This document shows, piece by piece, positions 1 through 11,200 of a stretch of 37,163 nt of DNA. The DNA comes from a virus. Lineage: Duplodnaviria > Caudoviricetes. Within the stretch, counting starts at the first letter, position 1. Each line of letters begins with the position of its first letter. The notes below the pieces were generated by a model. The model saw only the letters and a program-made list of their open reading frames with translations, was not told where the DNA came from and did no database searches. Both the position numbers and the translations under genes were made by a program. The DNA lies in the IMG/VR virus record IMGVR_UViG_3300043112_000020, positions 1-37,163 of that record; one strand, given 5' to 3'.

Positions 1-84
1 CGCCCCTCCAATATCGCCGGTCATTGCCAGCATATTGGTGACAGCATCGTTAAGCTGGTCAAACGTATAACTTAAAGTACCCAT
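1..84 (-). CDS. 5' part of a gene running off the window (MGTLSYTFDQLNDAVTNMLAMTGDIGGA...), possibly a fibre/spike protein
   Basis: Manual translation; ATG at 84 overlaps the upstream TAA (TAATG); purine-rich AAGGGAA just upstream; open to the window edge. Confidence 0.6.
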   Translation of the reverse strand, partial: MGTLSYTFDQLNDAVTNMLAMTGDIGGA

Positions 85-230
85 TATGCTTCCCTTTTTG
101 TGTAGACAGGTTCGCCGTTTCCGTCATATACCGGCTCTTGTTTTCCGGAGCCGTTGAGGGCGTAAAGGCGCACAGTGGCAGATTTATTGTTCCCAGTATT
201 TGTGTATCCAACGTTAAACCCGAAATCCAT
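84..230 (-). CDS. 48-aa peptide MDFGFNVGYTNTGNNKSATVRLYALNGSGKQEPVYDGNGEPVYTKREA, putative fibre-docking adaptor
   Basis: Below the ORF-track cutoff; fills the gap between holin stop (233) and next start exactly; AAAGG upstream; C-terminal motif matches a segment of the nozzle protein. Confidence 0.75.
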   Translation of the reverse strand: MDFGFNVGYTNTGNNKSATVRLYALNGSGKQEPVYDGNGEPVYTKREA

Positions 231-232
231 AA

Positions 233-823
233 TCAGGAACCTTTCTGCGGTGTCAGCATCAGATCCTTATCCTTACTTCCCCTGGAACTACCGAACTCGA
301 ACTGGTGGGCTGACTGCAGCCCTGATCCAAACTGGCCCGCCAAATACCCAAGCGGTCCGTTCATCACGCCCATAGCTGCCGATCCTTCGCCGGTAAGTGC
401 CGTAATGCTGACGTACACCATGGCCGCGAGACAGCAAAGCAATCCAGCCACATCACCGATAATCATCAGATTGGCCCTCATATTACTGCTTCCGGAGGCC
501 CGGATTTTTTCGTCACGTTCCCTGGCGTCCTGAATATCGGCGGTGTCGATTTTGCGGTGCTCGATGCCGGCATTGACCAACAGGCGTTTTTCTTCCAGAG
601 CCAGTTCAGCCAGTTTGCCCTTATGCTTGATCTCGGCGGTCTTGAGCTTGACGAACGCCTCCGGGTTTTTGGCCAATTCAGCCTGGACGGCCTCCGGGCT
701 TTCTTCGCATCCAAGCACGTTTGCTACCAGTTTTCCCGCCGCTGTTCCGACGGGACCACCAAGCAATCCCCCGATAACGGGTGCGGCCTTGCCTATGACG
801 CTGCCTATATCCTTCCAGGTCAT
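233..823 (-). CDS. Holin-like membrane protein (3TM/GTA-holin-like)
   Basis: N-terminal APVIGGLLGGPVG motif, coiled coil, DIQDARERD, C-terminal hydrophobic helices ending FEFGSSRGSKDKD; ATGA overlap with endolysin. Confidence 0.75.
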   Translation of the reverse strand: MTWKDIGSVIGKAAPVIGGLLGGPVGTAAGKLVANVLGCEESPEAVQAELAKNPEAFVKLKTAEIKHKGKLAELALEEKRLLVNAGIEHRKIDTADIQDARERDEKIRASGSSNMRANLMIIGDVAGLLCCLAAMVYVSITALTGEGSAAMGVMNGPLGYLAGQFGSGLQSAHQFEFGSSRGSKDKDLMLTPQKGS

Positions 824-1401
824 GCCTTCCCTCCCCGTTCACGCTGCCATTTGATAGCACCGTCAGCGATCGCCCGCGCCAGAAGAGCCTGGTTCTCCTT
901 AGTGCCAAGCCAAACAGCCTCTTCGGCATGAGTGATAAACCCCATTTCAACTAAGATCGCCGGGCCGAAAGTCCTGCGGCACATCCAGAGATTCTTTTCC
1001 CTGTCCTTGTCCCAAACCTGTTCCCCGTCAGTTATGTCATACCGGAGTCTGCGCATGGGAAAAGCGTTCTGGATAGCATTGATAACGTGATATGCAGCGC
1101 GGTCACTGGCCGTCTCGCCGATAGAAGTCCACACTTCAAAACCATGGGCACCAACATTTACGGCAGCGTTACAATGCAGGGATATGGTCAAATCCGGGGA
1201 CAGGTGATGTTCGAGATTGGTGCGGCCGCGCAGTGAGACAAACTTATCTTCCCGTCGCGTCATCCATGTCTTGCCGCCCTGCTCTTTCAAGCAGGCAGCC
1301 AAGAGCGCAGCAACGGAAAGATTGATATCGCACTCGCGAAGACCTTGGGCCACAGCACCGGGATCCTGCCCGCCATGACCGGGATCGATAAGAACATTCA
1401 T
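820..1401 (-). CDS. Endolysin, N-acetylmuramoyl-L-alanine amidase (Amidase_3)
   Basis: IDPGHGGQDPGA, E, ISLHCNA and PAILVEMGFI Zn-amidase motifs. Confidence 0.95.
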   Translation of the reverse strand: MNVLIDPGHGGQDPGAVAQGLRECDINLSVAALLAACLKEQGGKTWMTRREDKFVSLRGRTNLEHHLSPDLTISLHCNAAVNVGAHGFEVWTSIGETASDRAAYHVINAIQNAFPMRRLRYDITDGEQVWDKDREKNLWMCRRTFGPAILVEMGFITHAEEAVWLGTKENQALLARAIADGAIKWQRERGGKA

Positions 1402-1404
1402 GGT

Positions 1405-1635
1405 TTATCCTCCACCCTGTAATTTGGCTTTGAGTCCAGTCCACAATGCGCCTAGCAAGGCGGTGGCTAAAACCGTAAGCACGGCGTATCCGATCACATT
1501 GGCAACGCGATCAAACTTTTTGAGCCATCGACGGACCAGCATGACTTCTTCTTCCGTAAACTGGCAGCCATGGCTTTTACTGGCCACGGCTTCGGCTATC
1601 GCCTGTACATCGGCTTCCGTAAGGGTTCGCTCCAT
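1405..1635 (-). CDS. 76-aa single-TM protein (holin/antiholin-like)
   Basis: C-terminal hydrophobic helix VIGYAVLTVLATALLGALW; directly upstream of endolysin; AAGGA SD. Confidence 0.65.
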   Translation of the reverse strand: MERTLTEADVQAIAEAVASKSHGCQFTEEEVMLVRRWLKKFDRVANVIGYAVLTVLATALLGALWTGLKAKLQGGG

Positions 1636-1644
1636 CAGGTATCC

Positions 1645-1959
1645 TTATGCGCCGATCAACCCGCCGACTCTAAGGCTTCCTGCCCCGCCATCGCCATAGA
1701 CCGAGATCCCACCACCCCCGGGAACAAACTCGTAAAGCATTTCCCCAGGTTCAAGATAGATGCTTTTATTCGCGGGTCCGGCCTCACCACCAACCACCCG
1801 GTAAAAACATGGCCCTGTCGTGCGCAGGCGCACATGCTTGCCGGCAAAACTTTTATCGACTACGGTTGCTTCGTTGGCCGAGAATGGAATAACCGTTTCC
1901 TGATAAGTGGTAGCGATCTGTGGCTTATCGCCCGGCCTCATGGGGGTAAGGACTGACAT
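1645..1959 (-). CDS. 104-aa beta-rich virion protein, possibly a head spike base (start reassigned to MSVLTPMRPG)
   Basis: AAAGGAG SD 7 nt before ATG at 1959; beta-strand/Gly pattern (HVRLRT..CFYRV..SIYLEPGE..ISVYG..GSLRV). Confidence 0.6.
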   Translation of the reverse strand: MSVLTPMRPGDKPQIATTYQETVIPFSANEATVVDKSFAGKHVRLRTTGPCFYRVVGGEAGPANKSIYLEPGEMLYEFVPGGGGISVYGDGGAGSLRVGGLIGA

Positions 1960-1977
1960 GCCTGCGCTCCTTTCGCA

Positions 1978-2020
1978 CAAATAAAAAGCCCGGCGAGAAT
2001 CTTTCGATTCGGGCCGGGCT
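1978..2020 (-). terminator. Intrinsic terminator A, before the lysis cassette
   Basis: AGCCCGGC-cc-GAATC-gaaa-GATTC-tc-GCCGGGCT followed by TTTTATTT on the minus strand. Confidence 0.85.
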
Positions 2021-2075
2021 GATGGGGCACCATAATAGGGTCCGTCAGAATCCGATTGAACATTTTTGTTTAGTC

Positions 2076-2104
2076 ATAGTGGCATGAAGCGGTCCACAGG
2101 TCAA
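2076..2104 (-). promoter_or_regulatory. Putative sigma70 promoter for the lysis leader
   Basis: TTGACC-17 nt-CACTAT with TG extension; -35 lies inside the palindrome ACAGGTC-aa-GACCTGT (2096-2111). Confidence 0.5.
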
Positions 2105-2111
2105 GACCTGT

Positions 2112-2285
2112 TTATCCTGGCTGCAACAGGCTTAATGCCGCCACGAACACGACGCAACCAACCGGCACCATCCACAACAGGTGCAGGGGGGTGCGGCGAC
2201 TGCTCCAACTCAGGTAGCAGGCAAAGAATAGCACGGCGAACAAGACCGCGTATTCAATGACGCTCAAGATCATCTTCCAGGTCAT
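2112..2285 (-). CDS. 57-aa two-TM membrane protein MTWKMILSVIEYAVLFAVLFFACYLSWSSRRTPLHLLWMVPVGCVVFVAALSLLQPG
   Basis: Manual translation; ATGA coupling to the giant gene stop; two hydrophobic helices joined by an SSRR loop. Confidence 0.7.
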   Translation of the reverse strand: MTWKMILSVIEYAVLFAVLFFACYLSWSSRRTPLHLLWMVPVGCVVFVAALSLLQPG

Positions 2286-5200
2286 CGGGTTACCGTCTGG
2301 TTATACTTGCGGTTAAACGCCATAGTCAGGCGCTGGATTTCTCGCTCGATACGTTCAATTCTATCCTTATACCGCTCCTTGTCCACGTTTTCCAGCTTTT
2401 CTTTACCTTGACGCAGCTTTGTAAGCCGCCGCCGCAGATGATCGGCGGTCCGTTTCAGGGCGATCTCGGGGTGTTCCTGCCGGTAGCGCATGGCATCCCC
2501 TTTGCGGCCAGTCTCCATCATTTCTTTGAACAGACCATAATGCGCCGTCACCTTGTCCATGTGATTGTGCAAGTTCTGTCGGTCGTAGTAATCACTCTTT
2601 TCCTGATAGACCTGGCGGGCAAACGGAACGCGCCTGATGGACAACTCTTCCCCTCTGGCCATAGCGGCCATGGCGTTGATGCTGTCGGCATAGAACCGAC
2701 CGGCACCTCCGGTTGCGAAATCCCAAAAGTGGTCCAACACTTCCGGCGATATGTCGACCACCCCAGGTTCAACACTGCTGCCACCCGTCAGTTCGTTAAG
2801 TTGTTTGGATATTGCCATGCTCAACGGCCGGACGCTCGACCAATACATCTCACTCTTCGGTTTCGGCGGGCCGAAAGACGGTTGATCCGGCATGATCGGG
2901 GTACCCATGAAATTCTCGTTAGTTGCCACCTGCACGAACGGATCCATGATGGTCGGTGAGATCAGTTGCAACAGCGAATCATCACCACCCAGCGGGTTAA
3001 AGGCGTTCATGCCGGCATGGAACAGGCTCACCGCACCTTGGGCCGGGCTCTTGCCATGCTTGCCGCCACTGGTCAGGTAGGCGCGAACGTCGCTCATGGT
3101 GTAACCCAAGGCTACGAACATATTGTACCCGTAGGGTAGTTTGACCTTGAAGGCGTCCCCCGATTCGTCACCGCGCATAAGCAACAAATTGGTGTGCTTG
3201 GTGTAATCGCTCACCTTGTCCCAGCGGTTTTCATCGTCGTCATCGTCGCCAGCCTGCAGCCGGTTTATTTCAGCCAGAGCAAAGGCGGTCAGAGTAATGC
3301 CTGCGCATATCTTCCTGGTGCGCTTGCTCTTGGCCAGGCTGGTGATAATCCGCGCCGATCCTTGAACGCCCGCATTGAAAAACAGATATAAAGCGTTGGC
3401 GGCCGGTCCGAGTTCCCCTTTGCGGTTGAAGTTGACGGTCAGGTTCTTGGCTAGGCTGGCGGCCTTGGCTTCACTCATGCCGTTCTCGATGGCGGTCTTA
3501 AAGGCCGACAGGCGCACCGCATTTTCCACCATGGTATTGTAATCGCCGATAAACTTGCCGACCTTCTGGACATATTTCCAGACCGTACCGAGCTTGCCGT
3601 CCTGCTCCCGTACCAGCTTCTGAATCTGTCTCTGCGTTTGATCGATGTTCTGCAGGTCCAGGTATCCCACCTGTCCGCCCGCTGCCTTGAACCGGGCGTA
3701 CCACTTGGCCATGTCAGAATCGTTCGATCCGCGCAGGGCGTTACGAATCCCGCGCATAGATGCAGGAATGCCCTTTGCCACCTTGGCTGCGATCTTGGCA
3801 CTTTCCTCCCCGGACAGGTTGATCATGGCCGTCTGAAAATCGCGCTCGAAGTTGGTGATGATGAATTCGGGATTCAGCGAGGTATTGACCATAGCCAGCA
3901 CTCTATTCAACCAAGCCAAAGCGCGAATAGATTTGCCCTGGTCGGCTGCTCCAAGGTTTTTCATCACGCGGGCCAGATCCCTGTTTTCGATCTGAATATA
4001 ATGCACCTGGCCGTCGCGGGTTATCGGCAACACATTGTCAGCACGGATCCACTCAAAGTCGTCCACTTCGGCCACCTGCCGCGGCGGGGTAGCTTCCATC
4101 TCTGTACGAATCTCGGCGATCTCCTGTTGCAGCCTTTCGATTTCCGCGCCGTCCTCGGCCTTTTCAAGAGCGGCCTGCCTGCGCTGCAGCTTCCCCTTTA
4201 AGGCGGTAAAGGCCGGATTCTTGGCCAGCACCTGACGGGTCGGCAGATTGTCCCTGGTGCGTACCGTCCATAGCGACGGATCGGGGTTTTCTTCCACCAT
4301 CTGCAAGAAAGCCTTACCGACCTTCGCCCGTTCGGCCCGCACGATGGTATCGGCCACCTGGGCGGCCAGATGCGCCAGAATGTTCTCGGCTTCGCTGCGG
4401 CGTCCAAGCGCGGCCCTGGTGCCGGACTTGGTGACCGCAAACCCGCGTCCGATGCTGCGGCCGTGGCCTTCGTCCAATCCATCCGGCGCACCTTTGAGCG
4501 GCACATAGAAGTTGAACTGTTCCCAAGCGTCCAGCCGTTCCTGCTCTTCCAATCCTTCCTCGCGAATAATACGGCGCTGCATTTCGGCCATGCTCCAGAC
4601 CTTTTGCGCCAAATTGTGCAGCACCCGCAATTTACCAGCCTTGCGGAACCCGTCGATAATCTTGGAAGCCTCGGCATCGGTCATGCCGGATCCACCTTCC
4701 TCGAATTCCGGATTGATCTTCTGAATGTAGGCATTGCGCTCCGGGACATGCCTGGCGTACAGATACTGTTCCAGTTCATCAAGAGAAACCGGCGCTGCTT
4801 TGATTTCTTCCATCAGCGGTTCGATCTGTTCGGCCTCGAACTTGTCCAGACGATCCTTGGCAATGCCGTGATACAGTTCCTCGGTCAGATACGGATTGTT
4901 GTCCTCGCGTTCTTGCCAGTCGCGTTTCTTCAACGCCTGCTGGGTGCGCTTGAGCGGCAGGAACTTGTCCTGGAACTTCATGCGCAGATAATCGAGGCGG
5001 GTGCCTATGGCCTCTTTGCCACGATCGATCCGGCTGGCTCGTGGAGTCTGTGCGGTTGCCGCGGCGGCGCGGGAGAACTTTATGGATTGTTCAGGTTTTT
5101 CGGACAACTCGCGTCTGCGGTTTTGGTATGCATCCTTTGCGGCTTCGATAAGTTCGGTATCGGATATGTCGTCTCGGACACCCTGCTGACCGTAGGAATC

Positions 5201-8200
5201 CACAACGTCACGCATGTTGGCGATCACACCTTCCTCCGTGACAAATCCGTTTGAAATAGGCTTCCCGGCTCGAAGGTCCAATAAAGATTTGTAAGCCCCT
5301 GCCAGTTGTTCTTCTATGCCGGCTTCATTGTCGACTGCATCTTGTTCAAAATCATAATCGTATTGAGATGCATAGTTGTCGAGCCATTCCCTTTCTTCGG
5401 CAAGCCGGGCGTCCAAATCTTCGGCCAATCCATAGTCACCAGATTCATAAGCAGCATCCGTTTTCTTTTCGAGCTCGGATACCTTGGCATACAGGGCCTC
5501 AATGGCAGACTTGGAATAGGAGATACGAACCTCAGAGCCACCTTGTTCCACGCCCTTCTCCACATATTTCCGGGCTTTGGCCACCAACGCCACAATATCG
5601 GCATCGGAGTATTTCATGTTGAAGCCCATCGAGCGCAACCAATCGCGGATCACGACAACGGCCCGTTTTAAAAAGCCGTTGGTTTCTCCACGCCCAGCGA
5701 TCTCGGCAAGCCACTCTTCGGCGGCCCCGCGTCGTCCACCTCTGGTGCGCAAGTCGTAGCCCCAGCGGGCGGCAATCGGCACCAAGTCTTTACGACGTAC
5801 ATTGCCAATCTGATCAAGAATGCTGTTGAAATCCTTGCCCAGCATGCCGCGCAGGCCGTAATGACCGACCACTTCATGCAACAGCACATGAGTGGCGCGG
5901 GCGGTACTCGGCAGGGCGTCGGCAATCAGGAAGATGGTTCCGGTCTTGGGATCAAACACCCCATCGATTCCGGCCCCTTCATGCGGGTCATTGGAAAAGA
6001 TATAGTTTTTCAGATGGTCCGGCAGGTCCTTTACGCTCTGCACCGCCTCGATGCGCGGGGCGTTCTTCCAGTTCTGCAGGATCGGGCCAATAGTCTGCAA
6101 GACCTGCTGTTTGGTGAGGCGTGCTTGCTGTTGCGGGGTTTTGCGGGAATAGACAGGATCGCTATCCGTTTCCGATGCCGCATCGGCCTCTGCCGAAAGC
6201 TCCTGTTCAACCTCTTCAAGGCGACGCTGCTTTTCTTCCAGTTCCTGCTCTTTCGGGAAAGGTTCATCCACCAGGCTTTCCAGTTTCGGAATCATCTCCC
6301 GCGCCTTATCGGCCTTTTCCTTAAGTTGCTGCACGATTGTAGGGAATTCCCTAATCCTGCGAGAGATTCCGGCAGACAGGCCGCGCACTGCCTCGGCCAG
6401 GTTCTTGCCGCCCCTTCCAAGTGCTCCTGAATAACCGGTATTTACCAGCCAGGTTTTCCCGTCTTTGGCCTCAGCGAAAATCTCAACGATCTGTTCGCTA
6501 CCGCCTATTCGGCCGCCTACAACTACCTGGGCCGACAGGTCAACCTCAAGCTCACCGAGCCGGACAGACCCGACTTGCGTTTCGTCCATTTCCGCCTGCG
6601 GATCCGCTTGATCAAGATTTGCCTCGATGGCGGCTTTGACCTTCTGCGTAATCGCTTTGTCCATAGCGGAACGACTGATGTAGGTATCGCCTTCAAACTT
6701 CGCCTCGAAGGCCATGCCATCGCCCAAAACTTTCTGCACGGCATCGTGCGCCTTGGTCCTCGCTGTGTACTTTTTGCCATCGACGTTGATGCTGAACTTC
6801 TCGCCGTTTTCTGCCGCAGCATCGGCAAGCCGGGTAATGTGCCCTTTGGCCTCGGCGGCTTGAGCATACCCAAAGTTTACGGATTCACCGTCGTAGGTAA
6901 TCGAGACTTTTCTGCTGTTGGCTTTTTCTTCGATCCCGGCCTGAGTCCCGGCGTGCTGGGCAAAAACCTCAACCGCATTCTCGTTTTCCAGCGCCCTCTG
7001 GTGATCGTCCAGTTCATCCCGCAGGCCATAGATGCGGCGACGGTGGGCGTTCTTCTGCCGGTTCAGCTTGTCGATCTCGGAGGTCAACTGTACCCGCTCA
7101 AGCTGCAGTGGTTCTCCGGAGGCAATCGCGGCGATTTCGGCCATACCGACGCTATCGGAGTCGTCAAACTCGATATTGAAATCCCCGGTGTAGTGACGCA
7201 GGCCGTTGATCATCTTGAGCTTGGTCGCGTTCAGGGACCAGAGTTTGGCATCCACAGTGCGGTTGGTGGTGTAGGCCAGGATTTCAACTTCGAATTTGTC
7301 GGCATACTTCTCAAACAGACTGTTGCCTTGGCGAATGATACGCCCTTCGCGCTGCTCAATATCCGACGGTTTCCACGTCACGTCCACATGATGCAGAGCA
7401 ACTAAACGCTCCTGCACGTTGGTCCCGGCCCCCATGCGCGGGGTGGACCCGAACAGCACCCGGACCTTACCGGCGTTTACTTCCTCGAACAGTAGCTTTT
7501 TCTGATCGTCGGTGGTGGCCTCCTGCACATAGCGAATTTCATTTTCCGGAATGCCGCTTTCGATCAGGCGTTTTTTGATCTCGTCGTAAGCGTTCCATCC
7601 TCCCTGCTGGGCAGCTTTCAACGAGGCCATTTCGTTTTGATCGTATTTCTCAAGCTGGTCACTGAGTTTCATGGCCTTGGCTTCGTCGCCAGCCTCTTCG
7701 GCCTGCTCCAACTGCCGCACCAAGCTATCGTACTTGGCAATTTTGGCCGCGTCACCCTTGGCTTTGGGCACACTGCGATCCAGGAAGACAAGCTGTGTCC
7801 CCTTGTCCTTCTGCCAGGCGTCGTAGACCCGCTTGACTTCCACGGCCACCTGCTCCAGTTTGCCGCCTTCGCCGTTGTCCTGGATATAGGGATCGACCGC
7901 CCGGGCATCGAGAGATACCTTGCGGGCGCGGTCCATCAGTCGTAGCCGTTCGGCGTTGCGCTGGTCCACGTCCTCTATGTCCGGAAGATGGTCGAACCCG
8001 GATACGATATCTTCGATGATGCGTTCCTGCACCTCCGACGGCTCGACGTTGACCGACCGACGTCCACCACTCTTGACCTTGGGAATAGGGAATTCGGCCC
8101 CGTCGTTGTCCTCTTTGTACCACTTCTTGATATCATCGTTGGAAACAGCGTCGGCGAAAGAATAGTACAGGTCCATCAAAGAGCGCATATTGGACCAGTC

Positions 8201-11200
8201 GCGGCCAATGCGGTTGACCTCCTTAAGCCCCCGACCGCTTTCCTTCGGCTCGAACGCTGTGCTCACGCTGGCAAACTGACTGCGCCAAGCGTCAAAATGT
8301 TCCAGCCCCATTTCCTCCAGAGCGTCAGCGGCCAGATAACGCATGATACCATACAGTTCCACGGCGCTGTTGGATACCGGGGTGCCGGTCATGAACGCCA
8401 CGCTGCCATTTTTGGACTCACGCAGTACCCGCACCTTCGACCACAGATCATACGCCTTGGCCGAACCGGCTTTCGGATTCATGCCGCGCACGTTGAGACG
8501 GGAATGGTAGAAGAGGTTTTTGAACTCGTGGGATTCGTCCACGGTCAGATCGTCAACCCCCATCTGCTCAAAGGTCAACAGGTTATCGCGCTTGGACGCC
8601 CGTTCTTTGACCTTCTCCAGCCGCGCCTCGATGTTGTCGCGCAGCCGTTCGGCCTCCTTAACCGTCAATGGCTTGCGGCGACCGCTGTAACCTTCAGCCT
8701 CAGCTTCGGCTTCGGCCTCTTCCACGGCCTGAATCGCCATGCTCAATTCTTCCTGTAGATAGCGTTCTTCGGTGGCTGGAGATATGCCTATAAACTGGAA
8801 AGAACTATGCGGTACGATGACCAAATCCCAATCGCCAGTAGCGATACGGGCGAACAAACGCTTACGTTTGTTCTTACTCAAATCCTTCACTCCGGCCGCC
8901 AACACCCTGGCCCCGGGATACAGGGTGTAAACATCCTTGGCCACCTGTTCGAGGATGTGGTTCGGAACCACCATCATTGGTTTTTTCGACAGGCCCATAC
9001 GCTTGCGCTCGATGGCGCGGGCAATCGCGGTAAAGGTCTTGCCGCTGCCAACGGTGTGATCGTACAGCACAAAACGGTCGACAATACCGCGCCAGATGCC
9101 ATTGACCTGATGCCGGCGCAGTTTGATGATATGGTCGGGCACCTTGCCAGGGAATCGTAGGTGCGAACCGTCGCGCTGCTTGGTCACTCGCACGTTGAAC
9201 ATGCGGTTGAACAGGTCCACCAACTCGCGGCGCCGTTCGGAATCACGAAACACCCAATCGGTGAACTCTTCCTTGATCGTTTCAGCCATGTCGTTGGCCG
9301 CTTGGGTCGCTTCGGTGTCAACAAAGGTACGAGTGCTACCGTGACCGTCGCTGACGGTGCGCGTCACCTTGATAGCCTGGCTATTTAGAACATTGCTCAA
9401 CAGGTCGACCACGTTCCGGCCCGGCGTGTTCCAACTTGCTGCACCGGACGTTGCGGCATTGCCCGTTACTGAAAAGGTATTGGTCAGGCGTGAGAATAGC
9501 ACCTTGGCCGGGGCTCCAGTCAGGTGTTCGACAAACGCAGCATACGTCTTTTCCGGAACCCAAGTCGCCCCAAGCGACACCGTTACTTTGTCAGCGGTCC
9601 ATGGTTCGGGCTGCACCTTTTCGAGGGCGGCAATGTTCTTGTCCATCTCGGCCTGCTTGGCCGCTTCAAGCTTGCGTACCACGTTGCCGCCGAGATATTC
9701 GTCCGCAGTTTCCCAGCGACCCGTCTCCGGGTCCTTGAAGATGACCGGGCTTTCCATACCGGTGTGCAATTCGTCAACCGCCCGCTGTTCGGTCTGTCCG
9801 GTCAAATCGGCGATCCGCTTCAAGTCGACCCCGCCCGTCTCAGACAACACCACGGCCAGGGCATCGGTGGCGCTGTCAGCACTGGTCGGTACTTCGTAGG
9901 GATAAACGATGCGTTTATCGAGAATATCGGCCGTTTTGACGATGGCTCCACGAGGCTTCAACCCCAAAGTTTTGGCGCGAGCCTTGGTGATCGGCGCTTT
10001 GTACTTGGCTTCGAGCGAACGGAGCAAAGCTCCATTCGGCAAGGCGTCCACGATGCGTAGCATCTTGCTCGAATTCATGTAATCGTGCTCTTTGACAAAC
10101 GCCTGATACTGTCGTTTGAGCTTCTTGCGGTTGGCCTCGATCTGTTTTCCTGCGGTGTTCTGCGTGTTCTCCAGGTTGATCTGTTCGATCAATGTATCGA
10201 GGATTTGCACGGCCCCCTTAAGCCGCGCATAGCCCAGCTTGCCAAGTTTCTTGGTGCCGGGAATATCGGCCTCATTGTCATATACCCGCTCTTCCTTCTG
10301 ATTGAGCTTGGTCGGTTTGCCGTTCGAACCGAGAACCTTGACCGGCTTGCCCTTTTTGTCGAGCTTGTCGACAACCTCGTACCACTTGCCATCTTCGTTC
10401 TGCTGCAAGCTGTTATGCCAAGGGGAGTCTTCGGTCAGGACCCGTTCGGCAAACAGTTCACCGCCGCCTGGGGCTTCTTTCTCATAAACTTGGATCAGTT
10501 CGCCGTTGACGTTGAACATGACATTGCCGATCTCGCCGCCGCGCAACGCAACCTCAATAGAGGTCTGCAAATCCTTGAATGCTTGGCGGGTTCGGTCCTG
10601 CGGGGTTTCTGCCGCAAGGATGTTCTTGGGCAGGCTTTGAATACGAGTGTCAAGTTCCTCGGACAAGGACGTCCCAGGCTCCAGATGCACGTTTACATCG
10701 TTGTGCATGTTCTGGCTGCCCGATCTATCCAAGGTGCCGATGATGTTCTGAGGATGTTTTTTGAAATACTCGTTGACGGTGATCGGATCGCCACCCAGCG
10801 GATCGGCAACTTCGTCGGTTCCCACCCACTGCACATCGTTACGGCTTTCAGGATCCGCGATTTTCTGCAAGACAATGATGTCGGTGACAACTTCGGTGCC
10901 AGCATTGGCCTTGAAAGCGGTATCGGGCAAACGGAAGGCGGCGACAAGATCGGCCTGGTCCGCAATTCTGGCGCGGGCCTCCTTACTCTTGGCGTCGAGG
11001 AAATAGCGCGACACGACGAACGCCTGCACACCGCCAGGCTTAAGCGACTCAAGACCGGCCAGCATGAACTGGTTGTGCATGGAGAACCGGTTGAAGTCGG
11101 GCGTGTATTTGAACCGCAAGCTGTTTTGGCTGAATGGCGGGTTGCCGATAACGAAATCGAAATAATCAGGGGGCAGCGGGATTTTTTCAAACCCGCTGTG

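Noticed and set aside
812-2285. Identical 12-nt start ATGACCTGGAAG (MTWK) in the holin and the two-TM gene
   Set aside because: Partly forced by the ATGA overlap, with no further similarity; probably chance
5314-5604. Third nested ORF in the giant gene
   Set aside because: W/P/R-rich off-frame composition, no SD, and the main frame is structured here
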